Origin: Cyanidioschyzon merolae
Lineage: Eukaryota
Strand: one strand, 5' to 3'
Length of the DNA stretch: 64,000 nt
Assembly: GCA_000091205.1 (NCBI GenBank)
Contig: AP006494.2
The notes beneath the pieces are model-generated. The model had not been told where the DNA came from. It saw only the letters and a list, made by a program, of their open reading frames with translations, and ran no database searches. The translations under genes and the position numbers were made by a program. Numbering within the stretch: position 1 is the first letter of the stretch; every line of letters begins with the position of its first letter. This document shows, piece after piece, positions 1-10,387 of the stretch.

Positions 1-413
1 AACTCCTTGCCGATTATTTGTACGCGATTTCAGTTGCCCCAGGCTCTGCGGAGTATGCGATCAAGACGCTGATGCATCCCGGAGCCTGGGCCCGTGCACC
101 CTTGATGGATCGCTTGACAGCGCTCTCACCGACGGTACCAGTGGTCTTTCTCTACGGAGCAAACGATTGGATGGATCCGGATGCTGCCAGGACCCTGATT
201 GACAAGGCGCGGGAACTTGGAAACGGAAATATGTGCCTTCAAATCGTACCGAATGCGGGTCATTATCTATTTATAGATAATCCGCAAAAGTTCAATGAGA
301 TATTTCTGCAGGCGCTGAGCCGTCAGATACTCGGATCCGCGGTCGTTTGTGCAGATGTTACCAACACGCAGCGCTCCATTTCCTCGTCCGTGCTGAACTC
401 GTCGAAAGCATGA
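1..413 (+). CDS. alpha/beta-hydrolase fold protein, C-terminal part (ABHD4/5-like); gene begins upstream of the window
   Basis: The frame is open from base 1. The C-terminal block ...VVFLYGANDWMDP...VPNAGHYLFIDNPQKFNE matches the catalytic-His region of ABHD-type hydrolases. Where the stop lies within 330-413 is uncertain. Confidence 0.55.
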   Translation, partial: LLADYLYAISVAPGSAEYAIKTLMHPGAWARAPLMDRLTALSPTVPVVFLYGANDWMDPDAARTLIDKARELGNGNMCLQIVPNAGHYLFIDNPQKFNEIFLQALSRQILGSAVVCADVTNTQRSISSSVLNSSKA

Positions 414-3400
414 ACGGAGAGTTTTGTTGGCTTGCATGCGGCGACCTCGGGGATCTTCAAGCAAAATCTTTGCAGTCCAAATCGATAGAAAACGCGGTTC
501 GCGTAGACAACCGTATCGGAGCCGGCATCACGGACGACGAGCCAAGCATGTCGCTTCCTGTACATATGCTCATCCACGGGTTTCTCGGTTCGCTGCCCCA
601 ATGCTATGTCAATACAGTGAACGTCTATGACGCGTTTCCGTCTTGTCCCTTGCTGTATTGCTTGCTGGACCCGAAGGGAACCTCCTTGCCGAGGATGAAG
701 ATGAAAGCAAGCATCGTTTCTGGATTGAATGCTCCCGCCAGAATCCACCATCCCCGCCGCTGCCGCCAGTTTTGCTTGCAGGTGACGTCCACGTGCGCGA
801 CGTTCTATCCGGTGCGGCTCGTTTCCGAGATCCGCTTGGCGCTCATGCTGCTCATGCTGCTCATGCTGCTCATGCTGCTCGTGATCCATCTGATGCAGGT
901 AACTCGTACAGCGCTCCCGGTATTCGGCACCCATGTGATGCTCAATCTGTGCTATGCGGCCATCGGGCTCCTCGCCAACAGCATCATCCAAATCGTCTGC
1001 AGGCTTAGTGAGGTGGCTCTGCTCTCGTGATCGCAACGGCGAGCCACTAACCATAAGCTCGAACGAAAGCGTTCGAGTGATCTTGTGGAACTGGCGGAAA
1101 GCGCTCCAACAAAGACGGGCGAGACCCGTAAACACCAGTGCCGGTAGTAGTCGCTCCCAAGCGCCACTGAGCTCCTCCAAAAGCCTCCGCCAGCAAAACT
1201 GTGACGTCGGTGGCGATCTCAGCAACCATATCAGCAGTGTGCGTACAAAGAGAACGGGCTGCACTTTCTTAGGACGCGCTTTTGGTCCTCGAATGGGCCA
1301 CAGCGAATGAGGGCGTCCAGCTTCATCGCTCGATGCGAGGTCGCGCGGCAACCAACCAGGACCGAGTTCGCTAACCAGTGTTTCAGCGAACATGTCCAAA
1401 AGCGCACTCCTGGTTATCACCCTACCTGAAAACCGATCTAAAATCGTACGCGCTGTCTGCACTTCGATACCGAAACAGAATGCCAGCCGGGGAGCGACGA
1501 CATCGCGACAATCAAAGCGCCCGTCATTGCGAATTCGGAGCAAGTTGCATTCGCTGATAAGTTTTTCTGTGACGAGTCTGGTCATTAGAGCTATTCTGTC
1601 GAGCTCGCTGCCCAGCGATATCACTTCGCACAGCGGCCTCGCAGCCGTATGCTGCAGGTAACGGTAGCGGTAGAGAGTGCGGCTCATGAGCTCAGCAACC
1701 TGCTCGGCAGTCTGCAGTGTGCCCCGTGCTACCTGATGAACAATAAATAACTCCCAGAATAGATCAGCGACAGAGTCTATGACTGGAGGCCAATTCGCCG
1801 GCAGCTGCATCAGTCCCTCAAGATGCGGTGGCACTAGGACCGAAACCGGACCTCTGCATATCCTGGCAAAGTAGCGACAACTCCAACGGAACAGGTTCTC
1901 CCGTGGGCGCGACGATGCCTGCGCAAAGCCGTTGCCCACCATGAATGCGAAGGCGTATTCATTGCCATCGCTCGGGAGCAGGAGTAATTCTCCGATCTCG
2001 ATGACTACGACGCGGACATTGGTGTGCCCCGGGGGTGCACCTGTCTCGTAGCTGGTACTCCTCGTGGGTAACCAGATGCCACGCTCGAGGAGCGCTCGCT
2101 CCGCGGCGGTTAACGACGCTGCCAAACGTGCAGGGCACTCACTGCGGTACGGACTCTGTCGCGCTAGCTCTGCCCCAAGTAAGAGCGCATCGCGCATGAC
2201 CGCGCAAACAGCGACGAATTGTGGTCCTCGAGGAGGCGCTATCCGACGAAATGCACGCCAGAAGCGCTTCGCCACCAGCCGAGGCCGGTTCAGAAGTGCC
2301 TCGTCCGCAGTGGTAATGAGCGGCGAAGCCTCACCCGGAGGTTGCCACTCAAACTGGAGCATTCGAGACGGATCCAGTCCAAGCCAGCGCAATACTTGGT
2401 CGACATTCTGGAAATGCTCCGAAAAAAGAACCTGCTCAGCTCTTGCCAGATTCATGAGCAAAAACTCGTAGCTTGGATCCCATGATACAGACTCGAGGTC
2501 GTCCAGAAGCCACAGTGGTGCTTGCACACGGAGCTGTTCCGACTGCATGCTATGCACGAGCGAGGCAAAGTGTTTGGGGTCACCGATCAGGAAGCGCGCT
2601 TCGTGCTCATCGTCGTCAGCGCATGAAAGTTTTCTATGCCACTGCGGATCAATGCTTAGCTCCGCACAGCGCAACTTGCAGCTTTGTACGAGTTGGCGAA
2701 AAACTTCACGATGCGAGCGATGTGGAGACACATAGCACACGAGGCGTTTTTCACGCGCTACCGTGAGGCAAGCCGCGAGGCACCGGATCCGTTCGGGCCG
2801 GAACGGTATCGCAAACAATACCCCAGGTCGCTGTCCCGGAGCGCAGTCCATCACCATTTTGAGATAGCCTGGAATCAGGGTCTCACAGGCCGCCGCTAGA
2901 CGACTAAAGTCGTGAAATACAAAGCGGCCGATCTCGGGGGCAATTCGGTTATCGTCAACTGGCCACGGGAGGTCGCGCAAACACTCAGCTTGCAGAAAGT
3001 CGTCAACCAGATGCTCTTCGGCGGCAATTCTCCAGAAAGCGACTGAGGTTCGCTGCCACGGTGGAACCGAACAGCATCCGACAAGGTGATATTTCGCTTC
3101 ACGGAGGACCAGGCGAGCAGCGAAAAAGGCTCTTTCACCAGTGGCATCCTCGAGGGATACCCAGAGCGCTTCCGTACTGTCGATACAGGAGCTATCCTGC
3201 AGCGCGATGCGACATTCGAAACGCAACGTGTCTGCTGAAACGGGTAGAAGCGCGCTCTCGAAGGCTATCCAGGAACGAACGGCACACTGCTGACGCCCCA
3301 GAGCGCTGCATAACACCGCGGGAGGCATCCAGTCGCCGACTGAAGGCGAAAAGCAACGCAGCGCCTCGGTTTCGCTGTGTTGCTCTGGCTGGCCTTTGCT

Positions 3401-5818
3401 GTTGTGCGTCTTACGGGGTTGCATGCCGGAGCTTGTGCTACCGCTCTGATCGTTGCTGCTTCCGCCCCTGAGGGCGCCTTGCAGAATACGCGTTTGTTGA
3501 TGCTCAAGTTTCTTGGCGAGTAGCAAGCTCAAACGCATGGGTACAGCCATTCCCAAGGTTGCAGAAAGCGCATGCACCGCACGCAGCATCCGCTGAGACT
3601 CTTCCAGTATCGAAGAGCAGTCCTGCGATAATGCGGGCGAAGAGCTTAGGCCCGTTGGCAGGACTGCGGCCTGCAACAATGCCGAGATTTTGAGGTCTCT
3701 GTCAGGATCCCAAAGCGGTATCAGTAGGCGCCAAGAGAACCTGCGCAACTCTCGGCTTTCGCTTTCCCGTGGTAGACTGAGGTTCCGAAGTGCAGGTGAG
3801 GCAACTGCGAGCAGATGGATCAACTCTGGGAGAGCGCCTGTTGGGTGAAGGTATGCCTCTATTGTCCGCAGCGTGTCGTAGGGAAGCATAAACGCAGAAG
3901 CCACGTTACCGCGAGCTGTTACAGTCATCTCTAGATTTTCGCCGTAGCGCAACAGCTCATTCCGGGCGAGCTCTTTCGCCACCGAATGGCAAAGTCGGAG
4001 CCGAACGCCCCAGAGGGAAACATCTTCTCCATCGGCAGGCCGCTTGCTCGCGAAATGCGGCATCCACTCGAGAGATGGATTCCGCAGCATTCGAACGAAG
4101 AGGAATGTGTATTTGAGCCACTCTGCTGCCTCTTCGACGGTGCTGAGGGAGCCGCCCGCAACTTCGGCCAACAAGCTATCTGCCAACTGCGGTATGAGAT
4201 GCGATTCTATGGGGGCCTTGTGCGCTACGACAGCAGCATACAGCGGCGCTTCCGGTTCGGTTGTGATGATCACGCCTACACCACGCTGGTGGAAGGGGTA
4301 GCGGCCCGCTCTGCCGAGCATCTGCAGGACGTGCAGCGGGGCGAGTTGGACAGTCTGACCCTCCTCACTGTCGTAGTACTGCGTGCCTTTGATGACGACC
4401 ACGTTCGCCGGCAGATTGACTCCCCATGCTAGCGTTGCGGTAGATATCATAATACGGAGGCTGCCCTGCAGAAACAATTGCTCCATGAGATGGCGGATTT
4501 CTCGCGGTAAACCGGCGTGATGGACTCCAATGCCTTTCTTCACCGTGGCGAGAATCTCACCAAAGTTTTTGAAATGCTCACGGATTGAAGGCGAAAGCCA
4601 TTCCGTTTCCCGCCTTTGTAGGATGGGAGCGTTTTCGCCGTCTGCAGCGTTAAGCAACCAGTGCGCGGTCTTCAGCGTATCTGCTCGCTCGTGAACGAAA
4701 ACCAAAACCTGCTCCATCTGCTGTACGGCAAATTTTTTGACCTGGAACCACAAAGCATGGTTCATAAGTTGATCGAACCGGGTCTTACTTAGAAGGCCAA
4801 CGCGATGGCGAAGTGCCACCAGGCGCAGCTCCAGGGGGCATGGACGTTCTCTCTCAGAGAAGACGAACACGCCCTCGTGAAGCCTGGCGCGAATGAAGAC
4901 CGCCACGTCATCGTAGTTTGGAAGCGTTGCGCTCAGGCCAACAAGCCGTACTCGATAGCCGAATAACGCTGTTTCATGGTGTAGACGAGCTACGCATCTC
5001 TCAAGGACGGGCCCTCTCTTTGGATCATCGAGAACGTGGATCTCATCAATGATGACAATCTTCAGAAAACGTAGCAAAGGACGTTCGTTGGCTCTTCTAG
5101 TGAGAACATCCCATTTTTCAGGAGTTGTCACCAGGATATGGGAGCGCCACAAGTCGCGATGACTCAGACGCTGCTCCCCGGTACACTCCGTTACCAAGAT
5201 TCCATAGGTTCGCAGGCGAGCGCTCAGCGAACGCTGAAGCTCCCCCACGAGCGCCCGCATTGGAGCAATATAAACACATTTGAACTCTTGCAGCTCGCCA
5301 CCGCATTCCTCGAATAGGGTGCGAAGAATCAGGGCAACGGCAATATCCGTCTTGCCGGACCCTGTTGGTGCGCAGACCAGAACGTTTCCATGCATCCGTA
5401 ACGCCCGAGCAAGAACGCTGGACTGGACAGGATTCAGGCTTGCTATATGCTGAAAGGCAGGTTTCATGTAACCCGCTAGATCATCGACAGCAAATGAACG
5501 ATCATTCAATAGCGCACTTTCAGTTGTCTCCGGCCTTTGAATGATCATTTCGCTCCACTCGGAAGCGTCACCGACCTGACCAAGAGCGCTCCGCGCCGCA
5601 GACTGTTCAGAGCATGTACCGCTGAACAAGTCGGCGCTAACAACAGGCAAAGCCGCCTTTCGTCGCACGGCTGCAGCACATATAACGCGGTATTCTGGAG
5701 TGTCTTGGAGTATAGCCTCCATGAAATGTGAGCTTTCGCCGGGAGTCGGGGGCGACACCTCGATACTTGCTAGTTCAGGTTCCTGAGGCATTCTGTTCGC
5801 CTCCAGCAAAGTTTCCAC
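323..5818 (-). CDS. Ski2-like DExH helicase of the Brr2/Mer3(HFM1) family, single cassette plus Sec63-like region and a long C-terminal extension
   Basis: Motif I is VLVCAPTGSGKT and motif II is DEIHVLDD..RGPVLE. The family signature LSATLPNYDDVAVF is present, followed by GVHHAGL, TATLAWGVNLPANVVVIKGTQYY and QMLGRAGR. Only one helicase cassette is present in 1831 aa. The C-terminal third has no recognisable domain and the exact 3' end is uncertain. Confidence 0.7.
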   Translation of the reverse strand: METLLEANRMPQEPELASIEVSPPTPGESSHFMEAILQDTPEYRVICAAAVRRKAALPVVSADLFSGTCSEQSAARSALGQVGDASEWSEMIIQRPETTESALLNDRSFAVDDLAGYMKPAFQHIASLNPVQSSVLARALRMHGNVLVCAPTGSGKTDIAVALILRTLFEECGGELQEFKCVYIAPMRALVGELQRSLSARLRTYGILVTECTGEQRLSHRDLWRSHILVTTPEKWDVLTRRANERPLLRFLKIVIIDEIHVLDDPKRGPVLERCVARLHHETALFGYRVRLVGLSATLPNYDDVAVFIRARLHEGVFVFSERERPCPLELRLVALRHRVGLLSKTRFDQLMNHALWFQVKKFAVQQMEQVLVFVHERADTLKTAHWLLNAADGENAPILQRRETEWLSPSIREHFKNFGEILATVKKGIGVHHAGLPREIRHLMEQLFLQGSLRIMISTATLAWGVNLPANVVVIKGTQYYDSEEGQTVQLAPLHVLQMLGRAGRYPFHQRGVGVIITTEPEAPLYAAVVAHKAPIESHLIPQLADSLLAEVAGGSLSTVEEAAEWLKYTFLFVRMLRNPSLEWMPHFASKRPADGEDVSLWGVRLRLCHSVAKELARNELLRYGENLEMTVTARGNVASAFMLPYDTLRTIEAYLHPTGALPELIHLLAVASPALRNLSLPRESESRELRRFSWRLLIPLWDPDRDLKISALLQAAVLPTGLSSSPALSQDCSSILEESQRMLRAVHALSATLGMAVPMRLSLLLAKKLEHQQTRILQGALRGGSSNDQSGSTSSGMQPRKTHNSKGQPEQHSETEALRCFSPSVGDWMPPAVLCSALGRQQCAVRSWIAFESALLPVSADTLRFECRIALQDSSCIDSTEALWVSLEDATGERAFFAARLVLREAKYHLVGCCSVPPWQRTSVAFWRIAAEEHLVDDFLQAECLRDLPWPVDDNRIAPEIGRFVFHDFSRLAAACETLIPGYLKMVMDCAPGQRPGVLFAIPFRPERIRCLAACLTVAREKRLVCYVSPHRSHREVFRQLVQSCKLRCAELSIDPQWHRKLSCADDDEHEARFLIGDPKHFASLVHSMQSEQLRVQAPLWLLDDLESVSWDPSYEFLLMNLARAEQVLFSEHFQNVDQVLRWLGLDPSRMLQFEWQPPGEASPLITTADEALLNRPRLVAKRFWRAFRRIAPPRGPQFVAVCAVMRDALLLGAELARQSPYRSECPARLAASLTAAERALLERGIWLPTRSTSYETGAPPGHTNVRVVVIEIGELLLLPSDGNEYAFAFMVGNGFAQASSRPRENLFRWSCRYFARICRGPVSVLVPPHLEGLMQLPANWPPVIDSVADLFWELFIVHQVARGTLQTAEQVAELMSRTLYRYRYLQHTAARPLCEVISLGSELDRIALMTRLVTEKLISECNLLRIRNDGRFDCRDVVAPRLAFCFGIEVQTARTILDRFSGRVITRSALLDMFAETLVSELGPGWLPRDLASSDEAGRPHSLWPIRGPKARPKKVQPVLFVRTLLIWLLRSPPTSQFCWRRLLEELSGAWERLLPALVFTGLARLCWSAFRQFHKITRTLSFELMVSGSPLRSREQSHLTKPADDLDDAVGEEPDGRIAQIEHHMGAEYRERCTSYLHQMDHEQHEQHEQHEQHERQADLGNEPHRIERRARGRHLQAKLAAAAGMVDSGGSIQSRNDACFHLHPRQGGSLRVQQAIQQGTRRKRVIDVHCIDIALGQRTEKPVDEHMYRKRHAWLVVRDAGSDTVVYANRVFYRFGLQRFCLKIPEVAACKPTKLSVHAFDEFSTDEEMERCVLVTSAQTTADPSI
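841..876. repeat. 9-bp microsatellite (GCTCATGCT)x4 encoding (HEQ)n in the helicase ORF on the minus strand
   Basis: Direct reading of gctcatgctgctcatgctgctcatgctgctcatgct. It translates as HEQHEQHEQHEQHE on the minus strand. Confidence 0.9.
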
Positions 5819-6648
5819 AAGGGAGCGTTTGGCAAGAGTCGAATAACAGCTGAAGCTTGCCGGCTTGTGCAGGCTGTCTGGAGCGTTTGCGCCGGGGTCC
5901 CGAATATGTGAACCGCTACGCCTCTGCGTTCGCAGAAAGCGGGCACTAGATCGCAGTCCCCGAGCAAGCTAAACGAGTTCCAATGATGTCTTTGAGAACG
6001 AATCACGAAGACTTTGTGTAAGTTGACTTCTAATCACGCCCCAACTTGAGCTGCAGGCGTGCCGCGCAGCGGCGAGTTTGTCCGAAACTGCGTACAGGCC
6101 CTAGCGTGCGTGCCAGTAAGCGCCGAACCCACAGTAGGACATGGAGCGTCCTCGCCGCATGTCCAAGGTTCACACACCGGACGTCGAACGCTTAAATTTT
6201 GCTATTTGCGTCCAGAACGTCGAATTTTCGTGCGAAGCGGCTCGTTTCAGTCACGGTAGCGTAAGACTGTTCTACGCACTTGAAGAGTACGTAGTTCTGC
6301 TGTGGGGGGCACTGCGCAAGAAAGCGCTCCAAAACTTGTGGGCTATTTAAGCCCATATAAGCTAATTTTAATCCCTAGAGTATATTATTGTCATAGAACG
6401 AGGATGCCCAGTAGCTGTTTGCCGGCATTTGCCGGCCGCTGATGATGACGTGCGTCGACAGCCGATTTCTTTCGATGCGCGGTGAGACAGCGTCATTGGG
6501 CAGTCGCGATTCATATTTTTCGAAGCAGTGTGTGGAGGTCACAGCGGCCCAGTGAGGCTGCCTCACGTCCCTAGGGTGACGCTTACTGCGAGCCTCGTAA
6601 GTACTTGAAGCGTGCGGCTGCTTTTTCAGGCGGGATACATACTGATTC

Positions 6649-7500
6649 TTGCAATTAGAGGACCTTCGCAAGTCGCTGTGGGCAATGGTTCACGTCAGTG
6701 ACCAAGTTGTTTACCTTATGGAGACGACGGGGTTACCTCTTTCGGTCATCTGCTTCCTGGGGCACCTTTTTGTTTTTCATCTGGGGTGTTTCCTGTTCGA
6801 AGTAATGGATCAAAGTGGCTGGCTCCTTGATTATAAGGAGTTTCGAGGAGACCAACGGCGGTACTGGGCACTTTTGCCCCAGGTGTGTTTTAACCAATTT
6901 TTTATTCTGCTCCCGTCGATGTACCTATGCGAGAAACTTGGAGTTGCGTTCGACAGCATTGACTCGAGACAGCAGCAACTCCGTCAGACTATCTGGCACT
7001 ACCTCTTTTACGCGGTCTGGATGACCATAGGACACGATATATTCTTTTACCTCGGACACCGATTCTTGCTCCATTCCAGCTGGGGTTACCAGCTTCTGCA
7101 GCACGATCTGCATCATTCTACCAAAGCAAGTATCGCTCTCAGTAGCATGTACATGGCCCCGAGCGACTATGTCCTGGAAATTTGCGTGCCGTATCTGGTG
7201 CCTTTGTGCATGCTCAAGGCAGATGCTGCTTTCCATTTCGTTGCCATTGCTCTGGGTAGCCTCGGGGGTATGTACGAGCATTCGGGCTACAATTTTTGCC
7301 CCTATTTTCCTGGACTCAGCACAATGGCGCATGGCATGCACCATACGCGATACAACTGCAGCTTTAGCGACGGCGTCGGTAGCTCAAATCTCATGGATGG
7401 GCTATTTAGAACAAGCTATGAGTGTGTGTATCCGAAATGGTCTGGCAAGAAAAGCATCAGGGAGTCTAAGGATGCTCAATGCACGTATGGGCTCAACTGA
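6649..7500 (+). CDS. fatty acid hydroxylase / sterol desaturase superfamily membrane protein
   Basis: Three histidine boxes (HRFLLH, HDLHH, HGMHHTRY) are spaced as in C4-methylsterol oxidase/cholesterol 25-hydroxylase-type enzymes. The N-terminus is hydrophobic. Confidence 0.7.
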   Translation: MQLEDLRKSLWAMVHVSDQVVYLMETTGLPLSVICFLGHLFVFHLGCFLFEVMDQSGWLLDYKEFRGDQRRYWALLPQVCFNQFFILLPSMYLCEKLGVAFDSIDSRQQQLRQTIWHYLFYAVWMTIGHDIFFYLGHRFLLHSSWGYQLLQHDLHHSTKASIALSSMYMAPSDYVLEICVPYLVPLCMLKADAAFHFVAIALGSLGGMYEHSGYNFCPYFPGLSTMAHGMHHTRYNCSFSDGVGSSNLMDGLFRTSYECVYPKWSGKKSIRESKDAQCTYGLN

Positions 7501-7746
7501 GTCCCTGGCTTGAATCTTTTCTCCGTTCTTGTGGATGGTGAAGTAGTTGTAAAACAGTGAGAAATTGAATCGCCCGAGATGGCGCATTTCTGCGCTTTGA
7601 CGGAATCGCGTATAGCAGCGAGCCCATACACAAGCGATGAAACTGGTTCTCACGGAGCCTACGCCCGAGATGATCCATTACCTAGTCGCGGCGCTGTGAT
7701 CTTTCCGTCCCTCTGAGCTCCGATTAATGTGTTTTCTGCGGGGAAT

Positions 7747-8487
7747 TTACGGGTACCTATTGCTGCGCCTTCGCAGAAGATGATCCAGTAACCACCCGCG
7801 ACGCTGTGATCTTCTTGTCCCTCTAGACTCCAATTCAGGTGTTTTTAATGTATAGTTTTCGTGACTCGGAGCGCTTGCTGCTTCCGGTGCTCCTCGAGCT
7901 CTTTTCTCAGGTCGATGGTGAGACTTTTCATCGGAAAATTCTGTAGTATCTTGGTTCTCCGGTTGACCACCGTACTCTCCGATCATTAGAAGCTTACTCA
8001 ATCGCGCTTGCAGGATGTCCTTTGCAACTTCACTATGTCGTACATGACGAAACCCGGTGCTCTCCGCCGCACCAGTGCCGCCGTTTGGATACCGGACGCC
8101 GTACAAAGAGGGCACGCGTGCGTCGTCCAACTGCACGTTCCTTGGCAGCGCCGCGAAACTTTCCTCAGCATCCAGCAACTTCCGGACAACCTCAACGGAA
8201 CGTTCGTGGACTCGGTGCAGGAAGCGTTCTGCACAAGAACCAGCCTGTTCCTCCGGGGGCAGACTTTGAGGTGACGGTCCCGCCAGTTTTCGGGGCGTTA
8301 CCGGTCGCTCACCGTTCTCAGTTGCAGCTGCGGGACGTCGCTGGTCTATCAGCTCCAAGGCCACAATGTTCCCGGAAGCTGCTTCCATACACAGCCGGCA
8401 GAGCTGCACTGCACAAGTACTTACGCACACACGCCCCCGACAATCGCTGGACGCAGCAAGTGCTGTCTGCTGCAAACAGGTGTACAT
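7747..8487 (-). CDS. hypothetical protein (246 aa)
   Basis: Single ORF with no recognisable motif. It sits just upstream of the left end of non-autonomous element #1. Confidence 0.25.
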   Translation of the reverse strand: MYTCLQQTALAASSDCRGRVCVSTCAVQLCRLCMEAASGNIVALELIDQRRPAAATENGERPVTPRKLAGPSPQSLPPEEQAGSCAERFLHRVHERSVEVVRKLLDAEESFAALPRNVQLDDARVPSLYGVRYPNGGTGAAESTGFRHVRHSEVAKDILQARLSKLLMIGEYGGQPENQDTTEFSDEKSHHRPEKRARGAPEAASAPSHENYTLKTPELESRGTRRSQRRGWLLDHLLRRRSNRYP

Positions 8488-8586
8488 GAAAATACGGGTT
8501 TTAGCGGTGCCCTCGTGGGTGCCCCGTTTGAACTAGAACAATCGATCTTTTTGATACAATCGTATACAGGGGTCTTACAATTTTTC

Positions 8587-10035
8587 AACTCGATCCTGTT
8601 TCACCTCCGTAGTGTTTTGCAGCAGGAGATCGAAATCTCTGTGCAATGTACCCTATAGGTCTTATACGAATCGCTTGTAGGATATATGCTTTACCATATG
8701 GTGCAAGGAGGCTTGGATTCCTCCAGCGGCTCAGTCATACCACAGTACTCTGATGCTCGAGGAAAACTGAAAGTAGCAAGTATATGCGCTCTGTGCGAAC
8801 TCCGATATTCTCAAAGACTGCTTGCGATCAACGGCACGGAAACAACCCGCTGATCACCTTAAGGAATGCAAGTATGATGACAGTAGCCGCCCTAGGTGTC
8901 TATGTTTCTCAACAGCATGTTCGTGTAGTCTGTAAAACACTGGGACAGAATCACAAAAAGTCTTGCTAAACGCACTGCCATCTTCCACCGGAATCGCAAC
9001 GACAGTGTTCCTGGAACGTCGCTATCCGTTTAAAGCGTAGGGATTTCGGTTTTGGTTTTACAGTCGACGAGACTTTTTTCGGGCGAAATGGACAGTACAT
9101 ATTTGAGTATTCGCGGAGAAGCGAGCCCGTTGTATACCCGACGGAACCCGAAGAGAACTCGGATATCATTATCTGTTCTAACTGCAGTGCATATACTTGG
9201 CGGCCTCAGTCCCGCCCTTAGACAAGGCTCAAATAATAGCACGCAATACGCCGAATCATAGAAGACTCTTCCCTGACATCTTGCGACGTTATTGTATTGG
9301 AAAACGTGGCATTGCGCCATTCCACTTGCGTTCGAGCTTTTGCAGAATCTATCGGGGTGGAGCTGTTTTTCATTCCGCCATTTACCCCGTGGCTCATCTC
9401 CATCGGAGGAGTGTTTTCTATCGTGAAACGGAATGACCGTTTCGCTGGGTGGATCGCTGAAGTGTTCAGCACACGGTAACACCGCGGCTATTTGTCTTTC
9501 TTCCACAAGTCCTTTTCCCTCCGGAAAGGTCTTCACGCCAGGACATCAACAAGTGCATTCATTCGAAGAAGTAAAAAATCCAAGAGAAAGCTATGGACAT
9601 GGAAGGCGAGGATCCTGGAAGCCGTGTGTCGCCGGCTTCGACCAAAAACGAAAAAATCCTCTCCTCGCCGACCATTGAGCGAAGAAGAGCAAATAACGAA
9701 GATGGAAAAGGGAGATATGCGAGAAATGGTGTTTGCCCAGCGGGACGATGACGAGGCTGTAGGCACACAAAGGGCATGAGTTTGAGGAGTCCTCGCAAAG
9801 ATGCGTTCAACCAGCGGCTAGAACCGCATGGAGTTCATGAACCGAGACTCGAAAGCTGCTACGAATATCAGGAGATATGCGGTGCTGAAGACGAGACCCG
9901 CGGGGCTGACAAGAGCGAGCCAACTTTCTGGGACAGCCTCTCAGACTCGAAGTGTGCAAGGAAAAGCTGAAGCCGATAGCAGGGACCCGGTCAAAGAAGG
10001 CCGGAACGCGTCTGTGAGTAAATATATACATTTAT
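8587..10035 (+). mobile_element. non-autonomous Fanzor-family element, copy #1 (~1.45 kb)
   Basis: It is collinear at nucleotide level with 48598-50035, and in reverse complement with 19285-20775 and 59400-60810. The 5' block 9540-9700 (aaaaatccaag...ggatcctgg...tcgcc) and the 3' block 9790-10035 (EFMNRDSKAATNIRRYAVLKTRPAGLTR... = degenerate RuvC-III) are shared with the long Fanzor copies. The right terminus is ...ggcgtctgtgagtaaatatatac. Confidence 0.75.
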
Positions 10036-10387
10036 CCTCATTGTTCTTGGGACATTTTTGAACATTTTGATCCCTTACCTGCCGCCGCGGTGCAATTTCG
10101 CAGCTCGAAGCTTATCGGAGTCGCCTAAATTCGCGTGCGACGTTTTTTGCGCGAGGTGCAAGTAAACTTCAGAAAAGCCACGAGTAATGCGTCATGATGC
10201 AGGACTTGCTCTTCCCTTCGTGACCACTGTCAACCATCTTTTCGCTGCAGACCATACCGCGCCAAAGTTGCGTTCGGGCTTAGCTTGCGCGCGGCTCAGC
10301 GGGCCTGCAGACCACCGGCGGCGGCGTTGCTCGCTGTCGCCTCGCGCGGCACGGACGCGTGCACCCAGCTTTGGACGGCATGCCAGC

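Noticed and set aside
347-1310. Several + strand ORFs (227, 121 and 118 aa) overlapping the helicase 3' region
   Set aside because: They have low-complexity translations and overlap the long minus-strand ORF. They are probably spurious, although the true 3' end of the helicase gene is itself uncertain.
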